This document shows positions 9,302-20,222 of a DNA stretch of 64,000 nucleotides, piece after piece. Origin of the DNA: an uncultured Gammaproteobacteria bacterium (GTDB lineage: Bacteria; Patescibacteriota; Microgenomatia; CAYQLK01); contig CAYOLO010000001.1 of assembly GCA_964404855.1 (NCBI GenBank), positions 443,009-507,008 of the forward strand. Reading direction: 5' to 3'. Position numbers and translations under genes: made by a program. Within the stretch, counting starts at the first letter, position 1, and the number at the start of each line of letters is the position of its first letter. The notes under the pieces were generated by a model, which was not told the origin of the DNA, searched no databases, and was given only the letters and a program-made list of their open reading frames with translations.

Positions 9302-10561
9302 ATGTCTGAAAAGATAAAAAAACTGCCACCAAAGAAACTCTCCCTACATAAGCCAAAAAGTTTTGGCTTGGTCAAATATATATTTTTTATTGCCGTTGTT
9401 TCTCTGCTATCGTTTGTTGCGGGTTATAAAGCTTCAGGTAAAGAGTTACCGACCAAAATTTCTCCAGCTATTAATTCTAGCGAAATAGCGAATAAATCCA
9501 ATGCAAATGGATTGGATTTTGCGAGGTTTTGGGAAGTTTGGGATACATTAAACAAAACTTACTACGATAAGACCAAGATTGATTCAAATAAGATGCTTGA
9601 AGGGGCTATTTCCGGTATGGTTCGTTCTCTTGGTGATCCTTACACCTCATATTTGCCTAAAGAAGATAATCAAGCAATAAACGAGGATTTGGACGGTAGT
9701 TTTGAGGGAGTCGGAATGGAGTTGGGGTATTCAGAAGATCAGCAATTGATTGTTGTTTCTCCAATTGAAAACTCTCCAGCAATTAGAGCAGGCGTTAAAT
9801 CAAAAGATAGAATACTGGCTATTGATGGCGCAGACACTTCTGGAATTACTTTGCCTGAGGCAGTTAAAAAAATTAGAGGAAAATCAGGAACCAAGGTCAG
9901 TCTTAAATTATTAAGCGATGGAGAAATTGTAGCCAAGGATGTTGATTTGCTTAGGGCAACGATTAATATACCTTCTTTGGTGCTTAGTTTTAAAGACGGA
10001 TATGGAATTATTAAGATTAATAAGTTTGGTGAAAAGACTAATAGTGAGTGGGATAAAGCAGTTGGACAAGTTTTGGCTCAAAAATCTAAAGGTCTAATTG
10101 TAGATGTCAGAAATAATCCAGGTGGGTATTTAAATAGCGCTGTTTATCTTGGGTCGGAATTTACAAACGGAACAGTGGTTATTCAAGAAGGGACTGATGG
10201 AGTAAGGAAAAACTATGACTCAGAAAGAACGGGTAAACTAATTGGACTACCAGTTGTTGTTTTGGTCAATGAAGGTTCGGCGTCAGCATCAGAGATACTC
10301 GCTGGGGCAATCAAGGTGCAGGCTAAAGGTAGCTTGGTGGGTCAAAAGTCGTTTGGAAAAGGAACAATTCAAGAAGTGCAAGATTTCGAAAATGGAGCAG
10401 GGCTCCATGTAACAATTGCGAAGTGGTTATTGCCAAATGGTGAGTGGATAAATGGTAAAGGGATTACGCCAGATTACGAGGTTGAGATGACGACTGAGGA
10501 TCTAAAAGCTGAGAAAGATCCGCAACTTGATAAAGCTTTAGAAGTAATAAAATCTAAGTAG
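9302..10561 (+). CDS. ctpA: S41-family carboxyl-terminal processing protease with PDZ domain
   Basis: N-terminal TM anchor, a PDZ domain (SPIENSPAIRAGVKSKDRILAIDG) and the catalytic Ser in VVLVNEGSASASEI. Confidence 0.9.
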   Translation: MSEKIKKLPPKKLSLHKPKSFGLVKYIFFIAVVSLLSFVAGYKASGKELPTKISPAINSSEIANKSNANGLDFARFWEVWDTLNKTYYDKTKIDSNKMLEGAISGMVRSLGDPYTSYLPKEDNQAINEDLDGSFEGVGMELGYSEDQQLIVVSPIENSPAIRAGVKSKDRILAIDGADTSGITLPEAVKKIRGKSGTKVSLKLLSDGEIVAKDVDLLRATINIPSLVLSFKDGYGIIKINKFGEKTNSEWDKAVGQVLAQKSKGLIVDVRNNPGGYLNSAVYLGSEFTNGTVVIQEGTDGVRKNYDSERTGKLIGLPVVVLVNEGSASASEILAGAIKVQAKGSLVGQKSFGKGTIQEVQDFENGAGLHVTIAKWLLPNGEWINGKGITPDYEVEMTTEDLKAEKDPQLDKALEVIKSK

Positions 10562-10564
10562 GTT

Positions 10565-11758
10565 ATGGAAGAAAATATTTCTGAAAATAAACTAAAAAAT
10601 AGATTTAATATTTTATCTTTGCTTAAAAATCCAAGTGCAGTACTGATTGTTGTGGCGTTAGTCATTGTCGGTTTGGTGGTTTATCTGCAGAATTCAGGAC
10701 GGGTTAATTTTAAATCTTCAGAAAATAAACAGTCCAGCGTATCGGAATCTGGGTCAAAAGAGAAAATTAAGGTATTGCCAGAGGAATCTTTGGTTATCGA
10801 CGTAGTCAAACAGACAAGTCCATCGATTGTTTCAATTGTTGTGCAAAGGTCCGGAACTTCGAATCTTTTTTCACCGTTTAGTGGTGGTCAGTCGCAAGAG
10901 TCGGGTATTGGAACAGGGTTTGCTGTTGATAAAAATTTGATTTTGACGAATAAGCATGTGGTTGCGGCCGGCGGTCGTTTTACGGCAGTAGCGAAAGATA
11001 AGGACGGAGAAGAAAAAGAGTATAAAGTGACGGAGATAAATATGGATCCATTTAATGATTTAGCGATATTGAAAATTGAGGAAAATAATTTGGTTCCTTT
11101 GACCTTGGGTGATTCTGAGGGCTTACAGGTTGGCCAGTTGGTTATTGCGGTTGGTAATGCTTTGGGGCAATTTGATAATACCGTCACAACTGGTGTGGTG
11201 TCGGGTCTTGGTCGAGGAATTACAGCATCTGACCCTTTTGAGTCAATTGCTGAACGATTAGATAATCTTATCCAGACTGATGCTGCAATTAATCCTGGTA
11301 ATTCTGGTGGCCCATTACTTAATTCGAGTGGTCAAGTTATCGGAATTAATACAGCTGTGGCTGGGGCGCAAAATATTGGTTTTGCAATACCGATTAATGT
11401 TGCGGTTGAGTTGTTGGACGGATTTAAGCGTGAGGGAGGCAAAATTGTTAGACCTTTTTTGGGTGTGTCTTACACAGTTATAACGAGAGAGGTTGCAATA
11501 CTTAACGAATTACCTGAAGGTATTTATGTTGAATCAGTGGCAATTGATAGTGCGGCGGATAAGGCTGGCCTAGCTGAAGGAGATATTATCACTGCTATTG
11601 ATGGTCAAAAACTTGACGATAAGAATCAATTATCTGAAATAGTCAGAAAGAAAAAGGTTGGAGATACAGTAACGATAAGTTTGTATAGGGATGGGGAAAA
11701 ATCAGAGATGCAGATAAAGCTCGAAGCGGCTCCAGAGGAAGTGACCAGATCGAATTAA
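10565..11758 (+). CDS. htrA: HtrA/DegP-family trypsin-like serine protease with PDZ domain
   Basis: Catalytic triad context TNKHVV / DLAILK / GNSGGPL, with a C-terminal PDZ domain. Confidence 0.9.
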   Translation: MEENISENKLKNRFNILSLLKNPSAVLIVVALVIVGLVVYLQNSGRVNFKSSENKQSSVSESGSKEKIKVLPEESLVIDVVKQTSPSIVSIVVQRSGTSNLFSPFSGGQSQESGIGTGFAVDKNLILTNKHVVAAGGRFTAVAKDKDGEEKEYKVTEINMDPFNDLAILKIEENNLVPLTLGDSEGLQVGQLVIAVGNALGQFDNTVTTGVVSGLGRGITASDPFESIAERLDNLIQTDAAINPGNSGGPLLNSSGQVIGINTAVAGAQNIGFAIPINVAVELLDGFKREGGKIVRPFLGVSYTVITREVAILNELPEGIYVESVAIDSAADKAGLAEGDIITAIDGQKLDDKNQLSEIVRKKKVGDTVTISLYRDGEKSEMQIKLEAAPEEVTRSN

Positions 11759-13104
11759 ATATTTTTAAGTTCTCGTCTGGTAAGTTTTAGTAATATTAGT
11801 TCGATTTTTTCTAAGGTTTTTTCAGCTCTTAAGCCCAAAATTCCACAAATAATTATTACAGCTCCTACTGCAAATAGAACGGTCTGGACTCCGAAAATAT
11901 CTGAAAGTGCACCCGCAGCTAACACAGGTAGAGCGGCAACTATACCCATAACCATAATTTGAGTAGAAAAAACTCTTCCTCTTAGGTTGTTTGGAGTGAG
12001 TTCTTGAAGTAGTGTTTGTGTTGGAATAATTACAAATGAACCTCCGAAGCCAAGAACGATTGAAAAGAATGAAATAAAATATGAAAGTTTTACTGCGCTA
12101 AGAAAATGAACGGGTTTAGAAAAATTAATATCATGTCCGGTTATAAATCCCGCAACCATTGGTGCTAAAACAATCCCAGTTATACCTAGGCCGCTTACAA
12201 AAAATCCTGTTGAAATTAGACTTCTTCTGGGAAGAATAGTGCCAAATTTGCCCACAGAAAGCGCTCCGGTGACCATACCAAGCCCAAGAGGTAGGAGTAG
12301 TACGATACTGGCACCTTCTGCTCTTATTTTTAGGACCTGCTCCATTAGTCCCGGGCCGACAGTGACGACTAGGTTCGCAAGAGCGTTAGCAATAGCCATC
12401 GTAAGAATTGTTGCCCATACATAACGGTTACTGGTTATGAATTTGAGACCTTCGCCGATATGACGATTGGTAAGCTTAACCAAGCTTTGGAGGTTGGTTG
12501 TTTTTTCTCTAGTTGTTTCGTTCGGTAGTGGCGGAAGGAATCTGCGCAGGACAAAACTAATTAGTAAACTTGATGAGCCAAAAATGAAAATTACATTATT
12601 GCCAAATCTGTCAATTATTGGTCCGGCGATGGCGTATCCGCCAATCATTGCACCAAAAAGTGTCATTTGGAATAAAGAATTAGCGGCAAGTAAGTCTTTT
12701 TTGGGAACTAGCATTGGAATAGTTGCGGATTCGGTAGGCTGGAAAAATTGCAATATCGAGTTAAGAACTAGGGTAAGGAGAATTATTTGTATCGGCAAAT
12801 TAATAAAAAGATAGCCAAACATACACAAACCTACGCCAATATCGGTAATTAGCAAGATTTTGCGTCTGTCGAATTTGTCAGCCACTACTCCGGCAAACAT
12901 GGCGAGTAATGTTGATGGAATTAGATTAGTAAGAAGGAAAAGGGCAGAAATTGTGTTGGAGTTGGTTAATCTAAAAAGCGTAACAAGTAATGTAAATGAA
13001 AGCATGTTGTAGGAAATCTGCAGTAGAATTTGGTTGGACCAAATAACAAGGAAGGCGCGATTTTTGAGGACACAAACTAATGAGTTGTCGGTATGACTTT
13101 GCAT
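11755..13104 (-). CDS. MFS transporter
   Basis: 12-TM hydrophobic layout with the MFS signature loop GVVADKFDRRKIL. Confidence 0.85.
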   Translation of the reverse strand: MQSHTDNSLVCVLKNRAFLVIWSNQILLQISYNMLSFTLLVTLFRLTNSNTISALFLLTNLIPSTLLAMFAGVVADKFDRRKILLITDIGVGLCMFGYLFINLPIQIILLTLVLNSILQFFQPTESATIPMLVPKKDLLAANSLFQMTLFGAMIGGYAIAGPIIDRFGNNVIFIFGSSSLLISFVLRRFLPPLPNETTREKTTNLQSLVKLTNRHIGEGLKFITSNRYVWATILTMAIANALANLVVTVGPGLMEQVLKIRAEGASIVLLLPLGLGMVTGALSVGKFGTILPRRSLISTGFFVSGLGITGIVLAPMVAGFITGHDINFSKPVHFLSAVKLSYFISFFSIVLGFGGSFVIIPTQTLLQELTPNNLRGRVFSTQIMVMGIVAALPVLAAGALSDIFGVQTVLFAVGAVIIICGILGLRAEKTLEKIELILLKLTRRELKNI

Positions 13105-13151
13105 ATCAGAGTTGATTATCCGCTGATATGGCTGTTTGGTGCAATAAGGAA

Positions 13152-13160
13152 GGGGGGGGG
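13152..13160. repeat. G9 homopolymeric tract, between prfA stop and MFS gene start
   Basis: Direct observation: aggaaggggggggg. It lies in the 5' region of the MFS gene. Confidence 0.9.
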
Positions 13161-14210
13161 TTAGTTGAGGTTGTCAGACAGGTCTTTGACTATTGGATCT
13201 AAATTACCCGCTAGGATGACTGGTAAGTTGTGCCAGTTTTTTTTGATACGGTGATCGGTCAACCTATCTTGAGGGTAGTTGTATGTACGAATTTTTTCTG
13301 ATCGATCGCCGGTTCCGATTTGGTCTGAACGAGATTTAGCCGTTTCTGCAGCTTGTTTCTCTAATTCTCTTTGATAAAGGCGTGAACGTAAAATTTGTAA
13401 TGCAATTTCTTTGTTTTGGGCTTGTTTGCGTTCGGCTTGAGAGGCAACAACTTCTCCTGTTGGGATATGACGAACACGAACTGCAGTTGAAACTTTGTTG
13501 ACGTTTTGACCACCTGCTCCTCCACTGCGGAAAGTTTCGAATTCTAAGTCTTTTGGGTCAATGTGAAAATCAATGTCGGTAACCTCTGGCATTACTGCAA
13601 CTGTGGCGGTTGAGGTATGAATACGACCAGAACTTTCTGTTGCAGGGACTCTTTGTACTCTGTGGACGCCAGATTCAAAACGGTAAAGTGAATAAACTTC
13701 TGGTCCTGAGATTTTGATAATTGCGTGTTTGAGGTTGCCGATTGCACCTTCATTTATTTCAATTTCTTCGACGATAAAATTATGGAGTTGTGCGAAACGG
13801 GAATACATTTTGAGCAAATCACTGCCGAATATTCCTGCTTCGTCGCCACCAGCGGCAGCTCGAATTTCTATCATGATTGATGGAGAGCTAAAAAGTGCTT
13901 TGTCAGGGGAGGTTTCAAAATTAAGCTTAGTTTTGTTCTCAGTTAATTGATTCAGAAGGGATGTTAGTTCGTCTTTAGCCATTTTAATAATCTCTTCGTC
14001 CTTTTCTGTTTCGATCATTTTCTCTGTGTCGACGATTTTTGCAGCTAAATCCTCGTTTTTTTCTGCTAGTTCAGCAATTGTTCTTAGTCTAGCTATAGTT
14101 GAAGACAGTTCTTTGACTTGGTCTGGGTCGCTAGCAATTTCTGGATCCTCAAGCGATTTTTGCGCACCGTGATATTTGTCGAGTAACTCTGAGATATTTT
14201 GTGTGAGCAT
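13161..14210 (-). CDS. prfA: peptide chain release factor 1
   Basis: GGQ motif ([11 protein letters not shown]) and the RF1-type tripeptide context [17 protein letters not shown] (PxT rather than SPF). Confidence 0.9.
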   Translation of the reverse strand: MLTQNISELLDKYHGAQKSLEDPEIASDPDQVKELSSTIARLRTIAELAEKNEDLAAKIVDTEKMIETEKDEEIIKMAKDELTSLLNQLTENKTKLNFETSPDKALFSSPSIMIEIRAAAGGDEAGIFGSDLLKMYSRFAQLHNFIVEEIEINEGAIGNLKHAIIKISGPEVYSLYRFESGVHRVQRVPATESSGRIHTSTATVAVMPEVTDIDFHIDPKDLEFETFRSGGAGGQNVNKVSTAVRVRHIPTGEVVASQAERKQAQNKEIALQILRSRLYQRELEKQAAETAKSRSDQIGTGDRSEKIRTYNYPQDRLTDHRIKKNWHNLPVILAGNLDPIVKDLSDNLN

Positions 14211-14242
14211 ATTGGAGAGTAAAGAGTAGTCGAGTAAAAGAG

Positions 14243-14545
14243 TTATTTCTTAGACTGAGCTAACATTTCACGAAGAGACATTGGAGAGCTTGAGCGTCTG
14301 ACCTCTTGTTCTTTTTTCTTGACCACTTCTTTTTGGCGAAGTTTGGCTTTTTCTTGAAGTGCCTGGAAACGTTCGACTTTTCCTTGAGTGTCAACGAATT
14401 TCATTTGGCCTGTGAAAAAAGGGTGACATTTTGAGCATATTTCGAGATGGATATCTGACTTGGTTGAGCCAGTGTTCCATGAATTGCCGCAGACACAAGT
14501 GACTTTGGTGTCGGTGTGGTATTTAGGATGCCCTGTAGGTTTCAT
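14243..14545 (-). CDS. rpmE: 50S ribosomal protein L31 (with C-terminal extension)
   Basis: Zinc-ribbon CxCG...[10 protein letters not shown] pattern. prfA-rpmE adjacency is common. Confidence 0.85.
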   Translation of the reverse strand: MKPTGHPKYHTDTKVTCVCGNSWNTGSTKSDIHLEICSKCHPFFTGQMKFVDTQGKVERFQALQEKAKLRQKEVVKKKEQEVRRSSSPMSLREMLAQSKK

Positions 14546-14602
14546 ATGCAGGTTGGAATTCTAGCAGAATATAAGGCTTTATGGCAATAGTAATTGTAGT
14601 CA

Positions 14603-15529
14603 TCAGTGTCTTAAATGAAACTTTCGTAATATATGCATATGTTTAGGGATTGGAAAGTCGGCAATTGTGACACCGAAAAGAATGAAAACTGCACCAGCAT
14701 AAAATATTACATCAAGCCTTTCCTGAAGGATAATCATTGAGGCAATTACCGCAACAATTGGTTGAATATAACCAAAAATAGATTCGAATGAGGTGGTTAG
14801 ATATTTAAGTGAGCTCTCGTACAAAATGTAGGCAAGTATACCCCCAATTAGGGCATCGTAAAGAATAAATAGAGTAATTTTTGTGTTCAGCTGTTGGAGC
14901 CAATTAATACCTGAAACAATGTCGAACATTACAAATGGAAGGCTGGTAAGACTGGCCATAAAAAAAGAAAAGACAATAAGAGTTTGGTAGTTATATTGTT
15001 CAATATATTTTTTGATATAGATTGTATAAAGTGCGATTGTGATATTGCTGGCAAAGAGCAAAACTTGCCCGATTATTTCTGAAGAGCTGAGATCCTTGGG
15101 GTCTAAAAATATAATCATCGTTCCACCGAGTGCGATCATTGAACCAATTACTGTTATTTTTCTGATTTTCTCCTTAACAATTAGCATTGAAAGAAAGATA
15201 GTAACAATTGGAAAAAGGGCAAAGATTACGGCGGCGGTTGAAGCTTCTGTTCGCTGCAAGCCGGAATAAGTAAGCAGGTTGGAGGCGGCAGGACCAAGAA
15301 AAGTAATAAAAAGGATTTTGGGAAGGTGTTTGCGGTCAACGGATTTTAGATAACCTTTGAAGTAATAGATTGGGGTAATTATCAGTAAGGCTAAAGAAAA
15401 ACGCAGAAAAATAAATGTGTACGGCGGAATTGTTTCAACGACCGTTTTAGCAATAGGTGTACCAATGCCAAAAAAGACAAAACTCATTATTGCGCTAACT
15501 ACAGCGATTTTGGGCAGGTGCTTATGCAT
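14603..15529 (-). CDS. EamA/DMT-family permease
   Basis: 10-TM protein with the duplicated EamA architecture. Confidence 0.8.
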   Translation of the reverse strand: MHKHLPKIAVVSAIMSFVFFGIGTPIAKTVVETIPPYTFIFLRFSLALLIITPIYYFKGYLKSVDRKHLPKILFITFLGPAASNLLTYSGLQRTEASTAAVIFALFPIVTIFLSMLIVKEKIRKITVIGSMIALGGTMIIFLDPKDLSSSEIIGQVLLFASNITIALYTIYIKKYIEQYNYQTLIVFSFFMASLTSLPFVMFDIVSGINWLQQLNTKITLFILYDALIGGILAYILYESSLKYLTTSFESIFGYIQPIVAVIASMIILQERLDVIFYAGAVFILFGVTIADFPIPKHMHILRKFHLRH

Positions 15530-15531
15530 TT

Positions 15532-16812
15532 TTACTTTTTATTTAAACGTTTTATTTGGTTAAGAATTGCGCCTTTTCTATCCGTGGTTTGGTGTCCGCT
15601 ATTTAGGTCGCGTAGTGTGTATTTGTCCTCAGATAATTCTTTGTCTCCAACTATTAACAGTAAATTAAACTCGTTTTTGACTCCATAAGATAATATATCG
15701 CGCATCTGTGACATTTGTGGGTAAAAACTGGTAATTAGACTTGGGTTTTTCTCTCGAATTTTTTGTGAGATCGCTAAAGTTTTGGGTAAGGCGTTGTCGG
15801 ATAGGGGAGCAATTAAAAGTTTTTTGTGAAGGTTAAGGTTTTTGGGATAGAGGTCGTATTTTTCAAGCAGGTTACCAATAACTACATCTCCCATGCCAAA
15901 ACCAACACCTGTCAGTTTGCGCTCTGAAAATTGACCAACAAGGTTGTCGTAACGGCCGCCGCCAGCGACAGCTCGAGAGTTAATATCAGTTGGAAATACT
16001 TCAAAAACCGTGGAAGTGTAATAATCTAAGCCCCGAACGATTTTGTGGTCAATTACTATGTAGTCCTGCAATTTAAGGGATTTAAGATTGTTAAAAAGTA
16101 CTTTTAAGTTACCAGAAAGTGTAGTGTTTGCGGAGTTTAGATAATCAATAAAGCCTTCGATATCTTTAGCTTTGGGGTAATTTTGTTTAATGTCCGCAAT
16201 TGTACTGGCTGAGCCGACTTTGGGTAGTCTATCGATGGATTTGAGGATTAAAGCCTGGTCTTTGGGTTCGATTCCTGTTTGTTTTTCGATATCGGATTGT
16301 AAATCTTTTTTGTCGTTTAAGTGAACCTTTATTTTGTCAGGACCAAGGCCAATTTTTTGAAAAAAGGTACAAAGTACTGCAATACAGTCAGTGTCGGATA
16401 TTGGCTGGTCGCTGCCAATGACATCGACATTCCATTGAAAATGTTCTCTTAATCGACCCGACTGAGGTTTTTCGTATCGCCAAAGAACTGGAATTGAAAA
16501 CCATTTAATAGGAAAACTAAGATCGTTTTGGTTACCAGCTATCATTCGAGCGAGCACTGGTGTCATTTCTGGGCGGAGGGTGACCTCACGATCGCCACGA
16601 TCTTTGAACCTGTAGGATTGCTCGTCGACGAGTTCTGAGCTGGTTTTGGTTTTGTAGGTTTCGATACTTTCTAGAACTGGGGAGTCGTATTGTTCGAAGC
16701 CAAAACTGGTTGCTGATGCGATCATTTGATCAAATAACCACTGTCTTTTGGCAAAGTTATTAGGAATAAAATCGCGCGCGCCTTTGACTGGTTGTAGATC
16801 GGTTTTTTTCAT
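15532..16812 (-). CDS. hisS: histidyl-tRNA synthetase
   Basis: Class II aaRS motifs (REVTLRPEMTP, WRYEKPQSGRLREHFQ) and a C-terminal anticodon-binding domain. Confidence 0.9.
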   Translation of the reverse strand: MKKTDLQPVKGARDFIPNNFAKRQWLFDQMIASATSFGFEQYDSPVLESIETYKTKTSSELVDEQSYRFKDRGDREVTLRPEMTPVLARMIAGNQNDLSFPIKWFSIPVLWRYEKPQSGRLREHFQWNVDVIGSDQPISDTDCIAVLCTFFQKIGLGPDKIKVHLNDKKDLQSDIEKQTGIEPKDQALILKSIDRLPKVGSASTIADIKQNYPKAKDIEGFIDYLNSANTTLSGNLKVLFNNLKSLKLQDYIVIDHKIVRGLDYYTSTVFEVFPTDINSRAVAGGGRYDNLVGQFSERKLTGVGFGMGDVVIGNLLEKYDLYPKNLNLHKKLLIAPLSDNALPKTLAISQKIREKNPSLITSFYPQMSQMRDILSYGVKNEFNLLLIVGDKELSEDKYTLRDLNSGHQTTDRKGAILNQIKRLNKK

Positions 16813-17747
16813 TACTGAAGACTCAATACATTTCTTACGATAAGGTTACCATAGCTATTGGCGGTGGCGTAAAAGAGGATTTTTTGACCTTTTTGCGGAG
16901 CTGTAAATGGATTATTGTTTATAGTGGCGTTTTTGTCCCAATAATATTTCGTTTTATTGTCTTTTAGGGTAAAAGTTTCTCTTTTAGTATCGACAGCAGA
17001 TATTTCTCCTGATTTGAGGCTGGTTGCAACTTTAGGCAATGGATCTTTGTTGGCGTAAGAAATTAGTTTTTGTGTAGTTTGTACCGAATCATTAACCACT
17101 CCAAAACCGATTACAATATCATCGACCTCGAGTCTTTCGACGTCTTTGAGTCCTTGGTCCTTATTGCCGTCGTTTTCTTCACGAGGATTAACAAATTCGA
17201 AGCTAGTGTTATTGTCGGTAGCTAGAGTAAAACTATTTCCACTAATTAGACTTTTTAACTCCACATTACCTCCGAGAGTAGAAATAACTTTGCCAAAAAT
17301 CGCAATTTCTTTGTTATTCGATTCAGTTTCCGTGCGGTAGTAAACAAATGAGACCTCTTTGGTGGTGGAATAATCGGAAGGATCGATTTGTGTAAGAGTA
17401 AAAATGTTAGCACCGAGATTAAGGTTAAGCGTGGTTTTGGCAACCATATTGGTTGGAGTAAGCTGCAAAATCAGATCTTCCTTATTGGTAATTAAATTAA
17501 TGTTTTTTTCGTCAAGGTTTTTTATTTCGACTTCAATTGATTCTGTACTGACCGAATGACCACTATCTGGAGTAAAATCTTCAATTTCTTTGGAGGGAGC
17601 AAAGATGTTAGTAGTCGAGTCAATAATATTTTGAGGTATTTGAGTAATTTTTTGATTACGTACCCAAAATCCCGAAATAATAAGTCCAATTATGGTAAAT
17701 AATAGTAAAAAGAAAAGAATAGGTAAGGCTTTTGCAAACAATTTCAT
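16812..17747 (-). CDS. hypothetical membrane-anchored/secreted protein
   Basis: N-terminal TM/signal segment, then a Thr/Asn-rich low-complexity body. Overlaps the hisS start by 1 nt (operon). Confidence 0.5.
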   Translation of the reverse strand: MKLFAKALPILFFLLLFTIIGLIISGFWVRNQKITQIPQNIIDSTTNIFAPSKEIEDFTPDSGHSVSTESIEVEIKNLDEKNINLITNKEDLILQLTPTNMVAKTTLNLNLGANIFTLTQIDPSDYSTTKEVSFVYYRTETESNNKEIAIFGKVISTLGGNVELKSLISGNSFTLATDNNTSFEFVNPREENDGNKDQGLKDVERLEVDDIVIGFGVVNDSVQTTQKLISYANKDPLPKVATSLKSGEISAVDTKRETFTLKDNKTKYYWDKNATINNNPFTAPQKGQKILFYATANSYGNLIVRNVLSLQ

Positions 17748-17820
17748 TAATCTAATTCTACCAAAGCTAAATTATGTTATTATAGTTTTCTGTTAATAAC
17801 CAAATAATCCATAGAGAAAT

Positions 17821-18477
17821 ATGTCAGACATTATTTTTAACGGCCACTCCTGTTTTACTATCAAATCAAATAATGGTCAGACGATTGTGATTGATCCATT
17901 TGATTCAGAATCAACCGGTCTTAAGTTGCCAAAGCTAACGGCTGATTTGGTATTGGCTACTCATTCTCACTCAGATCACAGCAATTTTGGTGGAGTTGTT
18001 GGAGTTACTGGAGAGGTTTTTAAGATTATAGGGCCAGGAGAATATGAGGTTGGCGGAACACTTATTCGTGGAGTTAATAGTTACCATGACGAAAGTAAGG
18101 GTAGCGAAAGAGGAAGAAATACTATTTATGTAATTAATGTTGATGGGGTGAATATTTGTCATTTAGGTGATCTTGGTCAAAAGAAATTAACCGAAACTCA
18201 ACTTGAGGACATTGGCGATGTTGATGTACTAATGATTCCAGTTGGAGGAGTTTTTACAATTGATGCAAAAGATGCGGTTGAGGTGATTGCGCAAATTGAA
18301 CCAAAAATCGTAATTCCTATGCATTTTAAAGAAGAAGGTTTGAAGTACGATCTTGGACAATTAGATGAGTTTGTCAAACAGATGGGGCATCCAGGTGGTG
18401 AGCCAACCAAAAAATTGTCTGTCAAAAAGGACAGATTGCCTGAAGAACTTCAGGTTATTGTAATGGAGCGCTCTTAA
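17821..18477 (+). CDS. MBL-fold metallo-hydrolase (UPF0173-like)
   Basis: HSHSDHS (HxHxDH) zinc-binding motif. Confidence 0.8.
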   Translation: MSDIIFNGHSCFTIKSNNGQTIVIDPFDSESTGLKLPKLTADLVLATHSHSDHSNFGGVVGVTGEVFKIIGPGEYEVGGTLIRGVNSYHDESKGSERGRNTIYVINVDGVNICHLGDLGQKKLTETQLEDIGDVDVLMIPVGGVFTIDAKDAVEVIAQIEPKIVIPMHFKEEGLKYDLGQLDEFVKQMGHPGGEPTKKLSVKKDRLPEELQVIVMERS

Positions 18478-18553
18478 GAATTTTTATTCGCTCTATTTAC
18501 AAAAAATACCAAACGAACAATAATACTTTTCCAATAAATAAAAAGGTGTTTTT

Positions 18554-19897
18554 ATGTCAAAAGTAGATGATTTGCGACTACCTCCGCACAATCTAGACGC
18601 TGAAAAAAGCGTAATCGGCGCGTTACTAATCGACAAGGACGCTGTTTCTGAGGTGGCGGAATTTTTGAGGCCAAATCATTTTTATAGAGAAGGACACGGA
18701 GATATTTTTGAGGCCATTCTTGATTTATTTGAGAAAAGAGAGCCGGTTGATTTAATTACTTTATCCGAACAGTTAAAAAAGAAAAAACATTTTGAGAAAG
18801 CCGGCGGTGCATCATATTTAGCAGAGCTTGCAAGTTTTGTACCTACATCGGTGCATGTTGTGAAGTATGCCCAAATTGTTAAAGACCACGCAATTAAAAG
18901 GCAGTTAATCGGAACGGCTAATAAGTTATCGGAGCTGAGTTTTTCTGAGTCAGGTGATGTTCATGATATTTTGGATGCGGCTGAACAAGAAATTTTTGGT
19001 ATTTCTCAAGCCCACCTAAAACAGAATTTTGTACATGTAAAAACAGTTTTGACCGAAAGCTTTGACAGACTTGAAGAATTATCGAGAAGTAAGGGTGTGT
19101 TTAGAGGTGTAGCTACTGGTTTTAGCGATTTGGATAAGATTCTTTCAGGAATGCAAAAATCTAATCTTTTAATACTTGCTGCTAGACCTGGTATTGGAAA
19201 AACTTCGTTTGCACTTAATATTGCTCAGTTTGCGGCTGTAAAGAAAAATGTACCAGTTGGGATATTCAGCCTTGAAATGAGCAAAGAAGAATTAATGGAT
19301 AGGGTTTTGGCGCACGAATCAGGTGTGAATGCGTCGAGAATCAAAAATGGAGATTTGGATGATGCAGCTTATGAGAGTTTGAGTATGGCAATGGGAAGGT
19401 TAGCTGAAGCGCCACTTTATATTGACGATACACCGGCGCTTTCAATTATGGAAATGAGGACAAAAGCTAGAAGATTACAGATTGAAAATGGGCTACAGTT
19501 ATTAATTGTTGATTATTTACAGCTAGCTAAAGGGCGTAATTTGGAGAATAGAGTGCAGGAGATTTCGGAAATATCACAAGGATTAAAAAACTTGGCTCGC
19601 GAGTTAAATATTCCAGTGCTAGCTTTGTCGCAGTTATCTCGTGCAGTTGAACAAAGAGGATCGAAACAGCCACAACTGTCAGACTTGCGTGAGTCTGGAG
19701 CAATTGAACAAGATGCTGATGTGGTTATGTTTATTTACCGAGACGATCAGGACGAGGACAATGGTCAGAGATCAAAAGAGATTTTGGCAAAATTAACAAT
19801 AGCTAAACATCGTAATGGACCTACAGGTGAAATTGACTTAGTCTTTATTGGTGAAAAAGTGGCTTTCTTCCCGAGGGATAAAAGACAGAGTAATTAG
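18554..19897 (+). CDS. dnaB: replicative DNA helicase DnaB
   Basis: Begins with the N-terminal DnaB domain. Walker A ARPGIGKTSFALN and a RecA-like core. Confidence 0.95.
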   Translation: MSKVDDLRLPPHNLDAEKSVIGALLIDKDAVSEVAEFLRPNHFYREGHGDIFEAILDLFEKREPVDLITLSEQLKKKKHFEKAGGASYLAELASFVPTSVHVVKYAQIVKDHAIKRQLIGTANKLSELSFSESGDVHDILDAAEQEIFGISQAHLKQNFVHVKTVLTESFDRLEELSRSKGVFRGVATGFSDLDKILSGMQKSNLLILAARPGIGKTSFALNIAQFAAVKKNVPVGIFSLEMSKEELMDRVLAHESGVNASRIKNGDLDDAAYESLSMAMGRLAEAPLYIDDTPALSIMEMRTKARRLQIENGLQLLIVDYLQLAKGRNLENRVQEISEISQGLKNLARELNIPVLALSQLSRAVEQRGSKQPQLSDLRESGAIEQDADVVMFIYRDDQDEDNGQRSKEILAKLTIAKHRNGPTGEIDLVFIGEKVAFFPRDKRQSN

Positions 19898-19955
19898 GAA
19901 TTCGAGAAGTTTTTGGATATAATCTTGCGGCGAAGCTAAGTGATTTTTGTATTAT

Positions 19956-20039
19956 GCCGGGGTGGCGGAATTGGTAGACGCGCACGTCTCAAACACGTGT
20001 GAAAGCAATTTCATGTGGGTTCAAGTCCCACTCCCGGCA
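19956..20039 (+). tRNA. tRNA-Leu (anticodon CAA), class II with long variable arm
   Basis: GCCGGGG acceptor stem, D-loop AATTGGTAG, anticodon loop CTCAAAC, long variable arm, T-arm GTGGG-TTCAAGT-CCCAC. CCA is not encoded. Confidence 0.85.
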
Positions 20040-20222
20040 CATCGTTGAAATGAGCTTGATAGTAGGGAGTTTAGACGAAGTCCATTTTTCCTAAATTGGG
20101 AGCAATAAATTATTTAGTTCAAGTTTTTTTATTTCTATTTATCACAATCGTATCGACAGCTATAGGCTATTGTAGTAGTATTTGTGGCTAGCACTTTAAG
20201 CAAAGGAAGGTAGAAACTACAA

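Noticed and set aside
13161-14210. Possibility of a UGA-recoded (code 25) genome, since RF1 rather than RF2 is seen
   Set aside because: ychF, pyrF and other genes terminate at TGA with homolog-consistent lengths, so TGA is a stop. RF2 is presumably elsewhere in the genome.
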